From the NCBI RefSeq assembly GCF_009914755.1, contig NC_060930.1: a DNA stretch of 64,000 bases. One strand, given 5' to 3'. Below are positions 1 through 20,825 of this stretch, one piece after another. The notes under the pieces were generated by a model that was not told where the DNA came from, made no database searches, and was given only the letters and a program-made list of their open reading frames with translations. Position numbers and translations under genes: made by a program. This stretch comes from the human T2T-CHM13v2.0 reference genome, Homo sapiens. Within the stretch, counting starts at the first letter, position 1; every line of letters begins with the position of its first letter.

Positions 1-296
1 CCAATTCTGTATTGGAAAAGTATTGGTCACTGCCTGTGAAACAACTAAAAGTACTTAAATTTTAGTGATTTATACAGAAATTTAAGTAACGAAAATTTAT
101 ATATAATTTTTTATAAATTACATATTTTATATATATATATATTGCACAAGTGGATAATTACATTTAGTTAGGGAAACAGTAATAAAACCATTGGGTAGAG
201 GTTGTATTGAGAGGAAGGGGACAGTTGATGCATGTTGTTACCTTCAGTTTATTCCATCCTACCAATCTATGTCACATACCTGGGCCATCCAGCTTG

Positions 297-597
297 GACA
301 AGTCCACTATCCCTCATCCAAAGTCCCTGAAACCAAACCAAATGTCTTTCAGAATCCAAAATTTTTCTGATTTTAGGAAGGTGCATTTTACCCAACACTG
401 CAGCAGGAACTGGGCAACACCCTGTAATCAAAAGCCTTAATATTTCTGCATCAAATGCATAAATATTCATATTAAATGGGATAAATAAAGACTATAAATA
501 GCCTCACATCAATCCAGGTCAGATGTGTAAGTCTAAAAAAATTCTGTTTTCTGAGCTTTTCAGATTTTAAATTGTGGAAAAAGGATTACAGACTTCA
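297..597. mobile_element. Old TcMar-Tigger-type MITE (MER46-like)
   Basis: Degenerate terminal inverted repeats (tatccctcatccaaa ... ttgtggaaaaaggatta). Confidence 0.45.
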
Positions 598-854
598 ACT
601 ATTACATTGTATTCAACCTGGTTTATTCTCCGCTTGAGAACTGACGACGGCTTCCTTACCTGCCACATTCAGATACAATATTAATTTCCATGCTAGTCCG
701 GAATTGGCAACATTATTGGAAATAATCTAGTCAAACTCCTTACTTCATTGCTTAGGAAACTAAAGCCCAGAGAGATAAAATGACTTGCCTGGGGATCACA
801 CGGTTAAGTACTGACAGAGATGAAACTACAACACACACATCTGTCTCCCAGGTC

Positions 855-928
855 TTCTTTCTCTTTCTCTCTCTGTCTCTGTCTGTCTGTTTCTCTCTCT
901 CTCGTGCATGCTCTCTCTCTTTCTCTCT
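855..928 (+). repeat. (CT)n/(CTGT)n microsatellite
   Basis: Read directly. Confidence 0.85.
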
Positions 929-974
929 GGATTTGAAGTGCTTTTTTTAAGGCTTTTCAAAATAAGAAATAATT

Positions 975-1278
<304 letters not shown>

Positions 1279-1477
1279 TTACAGACAAACACAAAGTTGC
1301 AGAAACACTACAGAGTCCCATGTACCCTTCACCCAATGGTGAAATCATGTAATAGCTATAGAACACTAAAACCAAAAAATTGATATTGATAGATTGTTAA
1401 CTACAGACCTTATTCCATTTTCAGCATCTTTTAACCTGCATTTATTTTGTGTGTAGGTGTATAGAGTTCTTTGCAAC

Positions 1478-3998
<2,521 letters not shown>

Positions 3999-4584
3999 GC
4001 AACTTTATCCCATGTATAGATTCACACACTCACCACCACAAGACTCCCAACTGTTCTACCACAATATTCCTCTTTGTATTTACACTCCTCCCTATTCCTC
4101 ACATTGTCCCTGACTCCAGAAAACACTTACTATTCTCCATCTCCACAGTTTTGTCATTTTGAAAATGATATAAATGTTATATAAATGGAATCAGACAATA
4201 TATAAACTTTTGAGATAGACTTTTTAAAAAATTGGGTAAAATTTACATAAAATTTACCATCTTAACCATTTTAAGTGTACAGCTCAGTAGCATTAAGTGT
4301 ATTCACAGTGTTGTATAACCAATCTCCAGAACTTTTTATCTTGCAAAACTGAAATCCTATAACTATTAAACAACTCTCCATTTCCCCCTTCTTCCAGTCC
4401 CTGGAGACCACCTTTCTGTTTCTACACACCATTTCTCTAAATTTGACTACTCTAGACACTTTATATAAGTGGAATCACACAGTATTTGTCCTTTTGTGAC
4501 TGGCTTATTTCACTTAGCATAATGTCCTCCATATTTCACTCAGCATAATGTCCTCCAGGTTCATCCATATTATGACACGTGTGC

Positions 4585-4822
<238 letters not shown>

Positions 4823-5786
4823 TAAGGCTGAATAATATTCCATGGTAATATATACCACATTTTGTTAATCCTATCAACCATCAATGGACAACTGGGTTGC
4901 TTCTACCTCTTGGCTACTGTGAATACTGCTGCTATGAACATGGGTATACAAATATCTCTTTGAGACACTGCTTTCAATTCTTTTGGAAACACACCCAGAA
5001 GCAGAATTGTTGGGTCATATGGTAATTCTATTTTTAATTTTTTGATGAATGAGATTGACTTTTTTCACTCAGAATAATTCATCTGAGATTCACCCAAGTT
5101 GTTGTATCAGTGGTTCATTTCTTTTTATTGTTGGGTAGCATTTCGTTGTTATGTATGGACCACAGTTTGTTCAACCACTCACTAGGATATGTGGGTTGTT
5201 TCCAGTTGGGAAATAATTAAAGACAGAATTAAAACAGTATAACAAACAGTATATATGTAGAGGATAAATTAAAGAAAGGAAAACTATGAATGTAGGGGGA
5301 AGAATGTTGAGGAATCAATTCACAATGACCAACTACAAAATTCCAACATGAGAGAGAAAAATGGTGGGAACCATGATACTGAAGAAATAACACACAAAAT
5401 CATCCCAAAATAAAGGATATAGGATTAAGTTAAGAAGGCCTTCATTCTCCACTCCAAAAACCATCAAGGTGAAATTATGGAACATCATTCTAAAGAAAGG
5501 ATCTTTCCTCTAGAAAGAACACACAGCCCTATCCAAGCTGTGGAATGAAAATGGCATTAATACAAGAAACTTAACTGCAAAGGAGAAATACATATATGTA
5601 GGATTTTCAACCTATAATTCTATAGGTTATGGCAGCCTATTACAAATAAGACTGCCACAAACATTTGTGTATAGGTTTTGGTATGGACATAAGTTTTTAT
5701 TTCTCTGGAATAAATGCTCAGGAGTCTGATTGCTGGGCTACATGGTAAGTGTATGTTTAAACTGATTGATCAATCAACTGATTGAT

Positions 5787-6077
<291 letters not shown>

Positions 6078-6238
6078 TAATTTTATAAGAAATTGTTATG
6101 CTGTTTTCCAGAGGGGCCGAACCATTTTACATTCCCATCAGCAATGTATGAGAAATCTAGTTTATCTGCATCGTTACTAGAATTACATATTATATTTTTT
6201 ATTTTAGCCATTCTAATTGGTACATAGTAGTATCCCAT

Positions 6239-6844
6239 TGTTGGTAGAAGAGCTGAGGCAGGACTGGCTTGTCTGTCATAATGTAAAAGAGTCTTGGAAG
6301 ATGTCCGGGATCCAGGGTCTGAAACCCCTCGTGGCCTTTGGAACACCAAGCTCTGTGCCAAAGGGTGGAAGGCTACACTGCCGCACCACAAATCTAAGCC
6401 CAGGGCATAAAACCCCTTGTGGCTTTGATGGAATCCAGGGCTCAGGGCATAAACCCCTCGTAGCCTCTGGAATGTGCACAGACTTGTTGGTTCCTTGCTT
6501 CTTTCTTGTAAACATGCCCTCCATTATCTCAAGCAGCAGAGCATATTCTATATGGGTCAAAGGAAGTGCTAAACCGTCACAGCTACACTTAATGCACCAC
6601 TACCTTTCTACTCTCACCTCCTCATGCCCTCACCTGTTTACCCTCACGTCCTCACCACCTGCTTCTTTGTTTGATCACCAATAAATAGGGCGGGTTCCCA
6701 GAGCTCGGGGCCTTTGCAGCCTCCAATCTAGCGCTGGCCCTCTGGACACACCTTATGAACTCTTAACTTGTCTTTTCTCATTCCTTTGACCCCGCCAGAC
6801 TTTGTAGCCCTCAGGGCCTGGTGTTGGGCCCGATCACCTCAACA
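6239..6844 (+). mobile_element. Solo LTR, ERVK/beta-like (resembles the LTR14 family)
   Basis: TG...CA termini, 6-bp TSD TCCCAT (6233-6238, 6845-6850), internal AATAAA near 6680. Inserted into an old L1. Subfamily assigned from memory. Confidence 0.8.
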
Positions 6845-6964
6845 TCCCATTGTGATTTTAATTTGCATTTCCCAAAAGGCTAATAATGTTGAACATCTTT
6901 TCATATGCTTACTTGCTACCTTTATAGGTTTTTCTTTTAGCCCATTTTCTTTTCTTTCTTCTTC

Positions 6965-8203
6965 TTTTTTGTTTTTTAAGTGACAAAGTCTTGCTCTGTT
7001 GCCAAGGCTAGAGTGCAGTGGTACAATCATAGCTCACTGCAGCCTTGAAGTCAAACTCTTGGGTTCAAGGAAGCCTCCTGCCTCTGTTTCCCTAGTAGCT
7101 GGGATTACAGGCATGCACCACCGCACAAGCTTTTTCCCCTATTTTCTAATTGTATTGTTTGCTTTCTTGAGTTTAGAGAGTTCTTTTTTTTTTTGCAACA
7201 GAGTGTCACTCTGTTGCCCAGGCTGGAGTGCAGTGCCGCGATCTCACTGCAACCTCTGCCTCCCAGATTCAAGTGATTCTCCTGCCTAAGCCTCTGGTGT
7301 AGCTTGAACTACAGGCACCCACCACCACACCGGCTAATTTTTGTATTTTTAGTAGAGACAGGGTTTCACCATGTTAGCCAGGCTGGCCTCAAACTCCTAG
7401 CCTCAAGTGATCCACCTGCCTCGGCCTCCCAAAGTTCTGGGATTACAGGCATGAGCCACCGCACCCAACCTCTTGAGTTCAGAGATTTCTTTACATAACC
7501 TGGATACAAGCCCTTCTTTGAATATGTGATTTGCAAATATTTTCTCCCAGTCTGTGGCTAAACTTTTCACCCTCTTTACAGGGTCTTTCACAGAGCTAAG
7601 TTTCAAACTTTTTTTTTTTTCTTGAGACAGAGTCTCACTCTGTCTCCCAGGCTGGCTTGCTGTGGCGCAATCTCGGCTCACTGCAACCTCCGCCTCCCAA
7701 GTTCAAGCGATTCTCCTGCCTCAGCCTCCTGAGTAGCTGGGATTACAGGTGCACATCACCACGCCCAGCTAATTTTTGTATTTCTAGTAGAGATGGGGTT
7801 TCACCATGTTGGTCAGGCTGGTATCGAACTCCTGACCTTGTGATCTGCCCGCCTCGGCCTCCCAAAATGCTGGGATTACAGGCGTGAGCCACCACGCCTG
7901 GCCAGTTTTGAACTTTTATGGAGTCCAATTATTGTTTTCTTTTATGAATTTTTTGGTGTCATGTCTAAGAACTGCTTACCTAGCCCTAGGTCCTGAAGAT
8001 GTTATCCTATGTTTTCTTTTTTTTTTGAGACTGAGTCTTGCTCTGTCGCCCAAGCTGGAGTGCAGTGGTGCAGTCTCGGCTCACTGCAACCTCCACCTCC
8101 TGGGTTTGAGCGATTCTCATCTCAAACTCCTGACCTAAGGTGATCCACCCACCTTAGCCTCCCAAAGTGCTGGGAATTCAGGCATGAGCCACTGCACCCG
8201 GCC
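6965..8203 (-). mobile_element. Cluster of four minus-strand Alus (~6965-7128 monomer, 7184-7470, 7609-7903, 8016-8203 internally deleted)
   Basis: Alu consensus matches, each led by poly(T). Confidence 0.85.
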
Positions 8204-8926
8204 GTGATATTATCCTATGTTTTCTTCTGAAAGTTTTATAGTTTAACATTTCATGTTTAAATCCATTTTAAGTGGACATTGATTTCACAAATAATCCATT
8301 TTACATTGATTTTTAAAAAATACTGTGTGAGGTTTAGGTCAAGGTTCATTTTTTTGCCTATGATGTTCAATTGTTCCAGCCCTATTTTTAGAGAAAGAAA
8401 AAAAAAAACTATCCTCCCTCCATTGAATTGTTTTTGCACTTTTGTTAAAAATCAGTTGGGCATATTTGTGTTAATCTATTTCTGGGTTCTCTATTCTGTT
8501 CCATTGATCTGTCTGTTCCTCTGCCAATACCGCAGTGTTTTGATTAATGCAGCTATATAGTAAGATTTAACAGTAGGTGGAATGATTCCTCAACCCATGC
8601 TTTCTTTTTCCAACATTTTAGTTATCCTAAAATGTTCTAGTTTTTACTATTCTAGCTCTATTCATGCTGCTTATCCTTGCTTTTAAGGTCTTCCCCATAC
8701 CTAGTAGAGGTATGGTAGCCTGGAGAAGAAAGGGGAAAAAAGAAAGAATCATGAAGGAAAAAAACAAATATTATATAACTACTACCCTAAAACATTACTC
8801 ATGTAATTTTTATCCATCCATCCTTCAATGGAGTCCCAATTTCTCCATGAAAGGTTCTCTACTATTCCAAGCCATCTCTCTATGTGGTAGCTCATTAACC
8901 ACAAGTCATTTGTTTCCTTCTGTTAG

Positions 8927-9308
<382 letters not shown>

Positions 9309-10412
9309 TAAGTTTCAATAAACATTTAATTAATTATTTATCTAATTATAGTTTACAACAGAGAGATCCTAGAAAATCTAGATGAACAAGAGTAACAATG
9401 AGCTAAATGCTCCTCTATTCCTAGTAACAGAATCATTATCTCACCAAACCTCAAGATTTTTAACCTCATTTCTCATTTAGTGTTAAAGAATATATGTCAC
9501 ATCTAGGCTGTTTTTCCCTTTTCTTGACAAGATGTCTTAGGTAAAGAGATCAGTGAATAGCAAATTATGGTGGTTTCCTTTTTTTTTTTCCTGCTGTTTG
9601 CTAACAAAGTCACCATTCACGTAAACTTTAGGGCTATTAGACATGATTCACCCCTAACATACCATGTAGCTTTATTCGAAAAGTAAATGGCTCCAGCCTG
9701 GGCAACAGAGCAAGACTCTGCCTCAAAAAAATAAAAATAAAAAAACAAAAAAAATACAGCTGCTTAATCCTTGATTTTAGTTATAATTTACAATAATCAT
9801 TACCTGCTTAACCTCTGGATCAAATGCCTGCTCCTTTGCTGAAATAACTGTGTACAGTGTATATACAAATATATACAGATACATATCCACACCCCAAAAG
9901 TTTCTTCATTGGCTGTCTATGAGTTTAGGCTGTTTAAATAATTTGCAACACATTATTGTAGTAAATAGAATAAAATTATATGCAGATTAGCTCTTTCTTT
10001 TCTTACAAAATACAGCAACACATACATGCTAGGACAACTTTGCAAAAACTTACTTATTCTGTGCCTTTCCAGTTCTGTCACTGTACTATAGTACTACAAG
10101 GCAGGTTAGGCAACAATTAGGAAAGTTTCAGAACCATTAGTCTCACAAACTTTCATCTAGGATGCCTCTGGTGGCCTCTGAAGAGATCTTCTCCAAACCC
10201 TCATCTGATGCTATTGCAACTAAGTAGACGAACTACGGTTCTCAGAATATACACATTAATAAGGCTCTTTTTAGCTTCACCCTTTTCACTTCTGTGCTTT
10301 ATGATGGACTACAATACTCATAATGCAATACTACAGCCCCTATCATTGACACTATCATTTCCATCAAACACAAAGAAACCTCCTTCTGGATTACCAAAAA
10401 CTAAGAAATCTG

Positions 10413-10721
10413 GGCCAGGCGCAGTGGCTCATGCCTGTAATTCCAATACGTTGGGAGGCGGAGGTGGGCAGATCATGAGGGCAGGAGCTAGAGACCATCG
10501 TGGCCAACATGGTGAAACCCCTTCTCTACTAAAAATACAAAAATTAGCTGGGCGTGGTGGCACATGCCTGCAATCCCAGTTACTGGGGAGGCTGAGGCAG
10601 GAGAATTGCTTGAACCAGGGTGTCAGAGGTTGCAGTGAGCCGAGATCAGGCCACTGGGCACTCCAGCCTGGCGATAGAGCGAGACTCTGTCTCAAAAAAA
10701 AAAAAAAAAAAAAAAAAAAAA
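10413..10721 (+). mobile_element. AluS with a long pure poly(A)
   Basis: Alu match; taagaaatct on both flanks. Confidence 0.9.
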
Positions 10722-10978
10722 CTTAAGAAATCTCTTAGTTCTAGTGTTATGAGAACTAGGAGTAACCTGAACTCAGAAGTTGTTTATGAGAGTATAAACT
10801 GGTACATTCACTTTAGAAAGCATTCTAAAGATAAACATGTGCACATCCAACAATTACGCTCTTGTTTTTATATCCTCGTGACATGAACACCAAAAGATAT
10901 GCAAACATATTTATAACAGCATTTTTCATAATATTAACAAATGCAACAACCCAAATGTTAATTACAAGATGACTGTGA

Positions 10979-11296
<318 letters not shown>

Positions 11297-11494
11297 TCAC
11301 ACAACAGAATTTCACACACAGTAAAAACCTAATGAACTACAGTTAAACACACAACATGGATGAATCTCAGAAACCATGAATTTTAAAAAGGAAGTCACAT
11401 AAGGTCATATGCAATAAACTATCATATTTGTACATTGCAAAGAAACCAGTAAAATGAAACATTATTATTTAGAAAAATAACAATGTAATTTTAC

Positions 11495-11775
11495 TTATTT
11501 CATTTTATTTTGAGACAGGGTCTCTTGCCCAGACAGGTGTGCAGTGGCACAATCACGGCTCACAACAGCCTTGACCTCCCAGCTCAAGCAATCGCAATCC
11601 TCCCAAGCAGCTGGGACTACAGATGTGCATCCCCACGCCCAACTAATTTATTTTATTTTTTGTAGAGATAGGGTTTTGCTATGTTGCCCAGGCTGGTCTC
11701 GAACTCCTGGGCTCAAGCAATCTTTCTACTTTGCCTCCCAAAGTGCTGGGATCACAGACATGAGACACCACACCA
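11495..11775 (-). mobile_element. AluJ
   Basis: Diverged Alu match. Confidence 0.85.
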
Positions 11776-12380
11776 GGACCCCTGGTAATTTTGAAAAGGA
11801 AAAGTGTTTAAAAACAGTTTAGTGGGAGTCAGGGAGATGGACTGAGGAGTACACATTTAGCTTCAACAGGACTGGTAAAGTTACAATTCTTAAGTTGGGT
11901 AATAGTAGGCTTATTCGTTTCATTAAGCTTTAAACATATGTGTATGTGTTTTGAGTGTGTATCATCTAGAATCTCTGGAAAACTAACATTCCAGCTAATC
12001 ATAAGGTGACATTCCTGATAACTGGGAACAATGCCAAGGAATAAAATCACTTTATTATTACTATTTGATAACTTTTGTAGTAAGAAAATGACAGGTGCCT
12101 CGAAAAATTAAAGCAAGGGGTGGGTAAGGGAAGTGAGTGTGGCTAAAAAAGCAACATGAGGAATCCTTATAGTGCTGAATATGTTCTTTATCTTAACTGT
12201 ATCAACATAAATACCCTGCTTATGATATTACACCATCGTTTCAAAAGATGTTACCATTGGGAGAAACAGGGTTAGGTGTATATTAGATTTGTGTTATTTC
12301 TTCCAACTGCATGTAAATCTAAAACTACTTCAAAATAGAAGTTTACTTTTAAAAACAACAATAGAAAAAGGTCCTTTTAG

Positions 12381-12585
12381 TCCTGGATTTCTCCACCTTG
12401 GCACTACTGACATTTTGCAGCACCTAATTATTTCTTGTGGGTCTGTCCTGGGAATTGAAGGGTAGCATCCCTGGCCTCTATCCACTAAATGCCAGTAATG
12501 TGCCTCCATTCGTGACAACCAAAAATGTCTCCATACATGCCAAATGTCCTCAGGGGGGGAAAATTGCCCCAGTTGAGAACCAGTG
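12381..12585 (-). mobile_element. MER20 (hAT DNA transposon relic)
   Basis: Ends in aaaattgccccagttgagaaccagtg; internal gtgacaaccaaaaatgtctcca. Confidence 0.75.
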
Positions 12586-13141
12586 CTCTAGTCATAAAAG
12601 CCAAGAAGAGATATGAAAATGTTCCTAATTGAAGAAGATGAAAGAGATATAACAACTAAACGCAATACTTGATCCTGGACTGAATCCTGTCCTGGAGGGT
12701 AAAGAATGCTATAAAGAACATTATTAGGCCAATTAACAAAATTGAAATTAAATGGTAGATTAAATAAAAGTATTGTATCAATATTAAATATACCTAAGTT
12801 GGTAACTGTAGCGTACTTACGTAGGAGATTACTGCTATGCTTAGGAAATACATACTGAAGTATTTAGGGGAAAAGGATCGTGATGTATGCAATCTACCAT
12901 CAAATGATTCAGAAAAAAATATATAGAAAGATATATACACGTGAATAGTATATATATCTGTGTGTATATGTATTTAATGTATATATTGACATATATAGAC
13001 ATATCTACGTAGCAGGTGGATCTGATTAAAGAGTATGCAAGTGTGTTCTTTGAACTATATTATTTTTGTAACTTCGCTGTATGTTTAAACTAATTACAAT
13101 TCAGGTGTGGGGTTTAAGTGGAAGAAAAAAAAAAAACTTTT

Positions 13142-13362
13142 GGCCGGGCACGGTGGCTCACGCCTGTAATCCCAGCACTTTGGGAGGCCGAGGCGGGTGG
13201 ATCACGAGGTCAGGAGATTGAGACGATCCTGGCTAACACGGTGAAACCCCGTATCTACTAAAAATACAAAAACAAAATTAGCCGGACGTGGTGGCGGGCA
13301 CCTGTAGTCCCAGCTACTCCCGCCTGGGCGACAAAGCGAGACTCCGTCTCAAAAAAAAAAAA
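13142..13362 (+). mobile_element. AluY-like element with most of the right arm deleted
   Basis: cagctactcc joins directly to cgcctgggcgac; TSD aaaaaactttt. Confidence 0.88.
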
Positions 13363-13918
13363 CTTTTATAAATCCTAAAGGCAGGTTTCACAGCAGTAGT
13401 ACAGCATAAGTGATAAACATCCCAAGAAGATAATGACTACTAACGGGATAAATTCCTACTTCAACCCCAAGACATTCGTTGGAAAGAATTATCTACCTTC
13501 AGCCTCTCTCTCTCTCCTTGCCTACTTTCTGGAGGTGACCCCCTGAACAGTGCGGGACAGAAAATTAATCTATCCCATTAAAAAAAAAAAAAATTTCTAG
13601 GAAGTGACTCAATAAACCTACATCTCCGCTCGATTTCTCCACAAATCACTGAGGCATCTTCATCCTCAACAATTAAGAAGCAAAATCGAGGAAAGCATAC
13701 AAGTGTTTCAAAGAAAACCACTTATGCACTCAGCTGAGCAAGAACGTTAAGTGGACTAGAGAAGAGACAACACGGAATGTCTAGGAGGAGTGAGTAAAAA
13801 GGAAGGACTAAAAAGAGATAAATCAGGAGCCAGTCTGAGAGAGCTAGAATGCGTATGCCCGCCAGAAAAAAAAGTATTCCAATGAGTGCGAGTGTGTCAG
13901 CGGGAGAGGGGTAGCTCA

Positions 13919-15150
<1,232 letters not shown>

Positions 15151-15229
15151 ACGTTGCCTACTCCCTGCCTCTTATCTTCCTCTTTATGCCTAGCCTGGAG
15201 CTCAACTCCAGGATTGAAGACTATCGCTG

Positions 15230-15425
15230 ACCGGAGTGCTTTTCACGTACTAGTTCATGTATTACTTTATTTAATCCTCAGAACAACCTCATTAAGTAGA
15301 TAATATTAGTATTCTCCGTGTTTTGTATGAGGAAACTAAGGTGCAGTCGAGTCGCGTAAGTTCCCTAAGACCACACTAGACAGGGATGTGAGCCCAGACA
15401 ATCTGGTTTCAGAATCCGTATTCTA
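15230..15425 (-). mobile_element. MIR
   Basis: tttaatcctcagaacaacctc ... tgaggaaactaagg core. Confidence 0.65.
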
Positions 15426-15640
15426 AGCGAAAGATTACACCGTCTAAATAATAGGCTCCCATCCACTCTTTTCTCCTTATTGCTGAGAGGAAACAGTCAA
15501 TATGATTATCTTTTAAGTAATGCTACCTATTTTTTTTTCAAATGTGCCTAAGATCTTACCTCCTTTCTTATCACCTAAAACAGGTGTTAACCGTTCTTAA
15601 TAAAGGATATATTATCCATTTTTTACACTCTTAAAAATAG

Positions 15641-16033
<393 letters not shown>

Positions 16034-16350
16034 TAATACTGTACCAGCCTCTTGAGCTACAAATAAAGATTGGGACTTAAAGAGTAGTTGTTCACTTTGC
16101 AAAACAAGATGATTTTCTCTACAAAAGATTTAGCTTCATACTCTCCCTTTGGCAAGTTTTCCTTGTGATTTAAATTTTTTATTTACAAAAATTCAGTTTA
16201 GGTGTAACTTTTCAGGGGCACATTTTATTTAACATGAATTGTGATTATAAGTATCAAACACAGTCTATGCCCTTAAAGTAAGTAAGCTGAAGTTTGAAAA
16301 TAATTCCTGTGAAAGAGATAAACTCTTGGCAACAAAATTCAGGTCTGTTA

Positions 16351-16438
16351 GGAGATGAAAATAAATATGGAGAGTGAGATACTTTACCATTCCAGGAGAT
16401 GAAAATAAATATGGAGAGTGAGATACTTTACCATTCCA
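16351..16438 (+). repeat. Perfect 44-bp tandem duplication
   Basis: GGAGATGAAAATAAATATGGAGAGTGAGATACTTTACCATTCCA x2. Confidence 0.95.
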
Positions 16439-16980
16439 AAAAGTTCCAAGGCCAGAGCTTCTGGGTTATCCAAGGTGAAAGAAGTCATGAAAATACAAAG
16501 ATAGATAGAGACTAATGTGATATATTGTGCACCTGAGGCTGTTTCTTCAGCCTCATGGTACCTTAAGGGTAACTTTTCACGCAATTTCCTCAATAGCAAT
16601 TCACAGCATGTACTTTAATTTCTCCACAGAAGCCAAGTGCATTATTCTCTGGTCATACTCTATTAACCAAGTTTTTGATTATTCATGGGACTTTGGGTCC
16701 CATTTACTTTAAATAATCAGCATTTTCCTTTATACTTACAGTTAAAAGGTTGCATTATACTTAATGATAATCAGTTTTTAGAAGGTTAAAATGGTATTTG
16801 TTCTTTAATCTCCCGGATAAATATATAATTCCTTAGAGTCTTTATGATTAAAGAAATTTCTGAATTGCTAGTGACTTTTGGAGAAACAGGGAGGGGGAGT
16901 ATCTGTGATTCTGCCCTTCCTCTGCCACTGATAATAGTTATATTAAAGATGTCTGTGAATGTGTGCATAAAGAAAGAATA

Positions 16981-17205
16981 CAGCAGGATTTCTCAGCCTT
17001 GGCATTTTTGGCGTTTTGGACCAGATAATTCTTTGTTGGGGGAAGGGGGGCAGTCCTGAGTATTGTACGGTGTTGAGTAGCATTCCTGACCTCTACGTAC
17101 TAGATGTTAAGCAGCACCCCTTTCCAAGTTGTGACAACGAGGTATGTCTCCAAACATTACCAAATGTCTGTCACCCTGGAGTGCAAAATTGCCCACTGGG
17201 AAATG
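16981..17205 (-). mobile_element. MER20
   Basis: Similar to the copy at 12381. Confidence 0.65.
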
Positions 17206-18820
17206 GGAGATGCTGAAAGAAAAAAACAGTGTCCATCCATGACATTTACTCCTACAAAGCAGCAAAAAAGAAGTCCTGGGTGTGAGTAGCCCTGCAGGTT
17301 AGAGAGTGGTCACTCCACAACCTATGGAAACTTTCAGCCACACTCAGGGACTTCCCCTTGGCATCGGAGTTGTTTTGGAGACAGCACGCTGACAAAAAAT
17401 GATCACAGTTCCTCCTCTACCTTTTTCAGGATTCTGAAGCTTATACCAGTAGAACTCACTGGGCACTCTGCATTCTACTGACCTTAGAAAGAAGTAAGGT
17501 CATATTTGATGTCCTTTTCTTTGGCTGGAAACCCGAGCCAGCCTTGGAAAATACAAGCTCTTAACAAGGATAGTGCTGTGGGCGCTGGCATTTCCATGAT
17601 TAGGTGAGTGGAAATAGATAGAGATATTGCAGCCACCCTCCTTATGTCACCCTCAATACAATCACCTATTGTTTATCCTGAGAGAGTTCTTCCAAAGGCA
17701 GATGAAAGCGTCGTGGTGTATCTTGGGCAAAGATGATAAAAGGAGGCAAAAATCCAAAAGTTTGACCACCTACTTGGTTAGCAGGCTATGGAGATGCCAC
17801 ATAGTGCCATTGAGAATGCAAAATGGTACATGGCAGCTATGGAAGGGAATTTGATAATCCTCAGCAAAATTACATATATATTGCCCTTTGCCCTAGAAAC
17901 CCAATTCTAGGAAAATATCCCAAATAATGACTTAAGCACAAGGTTATTCATTGCAGTATTATTTGTAATAGCAAAAGATTGGAAACAATCCAGATAACCC
18001 CAAATAAGAGATTGGTTGAACAAACTCGAGTAGATCTACACAATGAAACTATGCAACTGTGAAAAAGAACGAGGGCCATTTCTTTACACTGAGGTGAAAT
18101 GATCTCCGAATATATATTAGTGTAAAAAAAAAAAAAAACCAAAGTGCAGAACAGTATATGTGCTTTTTTTTTGTAAGATAGCTAAACTACAAATGAGTAT
18201 TTGCATATATTTGGAATAGGAGGAAACAGGTGGAGGAGACAGGCATGGAAGCTAGACTACTCTGAATAAGCCTTGGCTATATGGTTTTGATTTTAGAATC
18301 ATGTATATGTTTTACATTTTCAAAATAATTTCAAATCCGAAAGAAAAATGCAATTCCTAAAATTTGAAAACAAATAATCTAACTGTATATTAAGTTGGTG
18401 GCATAACCATACCAAGTAAACACTTTAATTACTTTAGAAAATATTGTTTTCACTGTACAATCAGAATATATGCTCAGGATAAATAGAACTACAAAGATAT
18501 CTTAAGCTTTAGTCAATAGTCTTATTGGTGGTTGAAATACAGATACTATTATAGTACTTTCAAACTATTCATGTATATATAGGTAAAAATTACTAGAGTT
18601 TTTAGGAACAGTGATTTTCAGAGTAAGTAGAATCCATGTAATATTAAAGTTGAATTAGAAAGAATATGAACTTATGATTCTTTTCTTTTTAAAAAATGTT
18701 TTTCTTATATCCCAGTAAGAATTATTAGGGGAAAAAAAGCATTTTACTTCCTTTGTCCCTTGGAAAGGCCTAGAAGTAATGACAATTTTGTAGTAATAAG
18801 CATCTTTAGCATTCACATTC

Positions 18821-18990
18821 TTTTTTTTTTTTTTTTTTGAGACACAGTCTCTCTCTGTCACCCAGGCTGGAGTGCAGTGGCGCAATTTCAGCTCACCACA
18901 ACCTCAGCCTCCTGAGTTCAAATGATTAGCATGCCTTAGCCTCCTGAGCAGCTGGGACTACAGGTGTGTGCCACCACACCCAGCTAATTT
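18821..18990 (-). mobile_element. Alu right arm (other half at 20320-20451)
   Basis: Stops at the central linker cagctaattt. Confidence 0.88.
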
Positions 18991-19274
18991 ATATATATAT
19001 ATTTTATATATATATATATATAAAATATATATAATATATATATATTTTACAAATTTAGAATGTTTTATATTTTGAAAACACTTCCAGTTTAATTGTTTTC
19101 TTGGTTATCTTATGTATTTTATAATTATGCATTCACCACATACCCTGAGAAGGCTCCATCAGTTGCCTCCAGAAGCACAGAATGACCAGGTGCTGGGTGG
19201 AATTTCAAATGCAGACCTTCTTTCTGACTGGTCCTCTCTGTATGTTCTTCTGCCACTCGCAATTCATAGCTGTG

Positions 19275-20604
<1,330 letters not shown>

Positions 20605-20825
20605 TCAGAGGCACAAAGGGATCAGCATAAAGGAGCTCCCACTGGCTGAAAAGAGGACAATCTTACCCAAAAAAGTAAGAACTACAACTGATTGGAATTC
20701 ATTGATTACATATAAATCGATGAGTTTATTATTAGCTGTAACTGGGACAATACTCTGAATATTTGCAATGTAATAAAAGAATTGAGCATTTATCCTGTCT
20801 TTCCTGTGTGAATTATATTTAGTGA

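Noticed and set aside
4506-4557. 26-bp tandem duplication (and smaller ones near 23158, 35061, 61861)
   Set aside because: Ordinary slippage events in old repeats or AT-rich DNA; not CRISPR-like (no spacers) and no functional hint.
6217-6684. 155-aa ORF
   Set aside because: Lies almost entirely within the solo LTR; no retroviral protein similarity seen.
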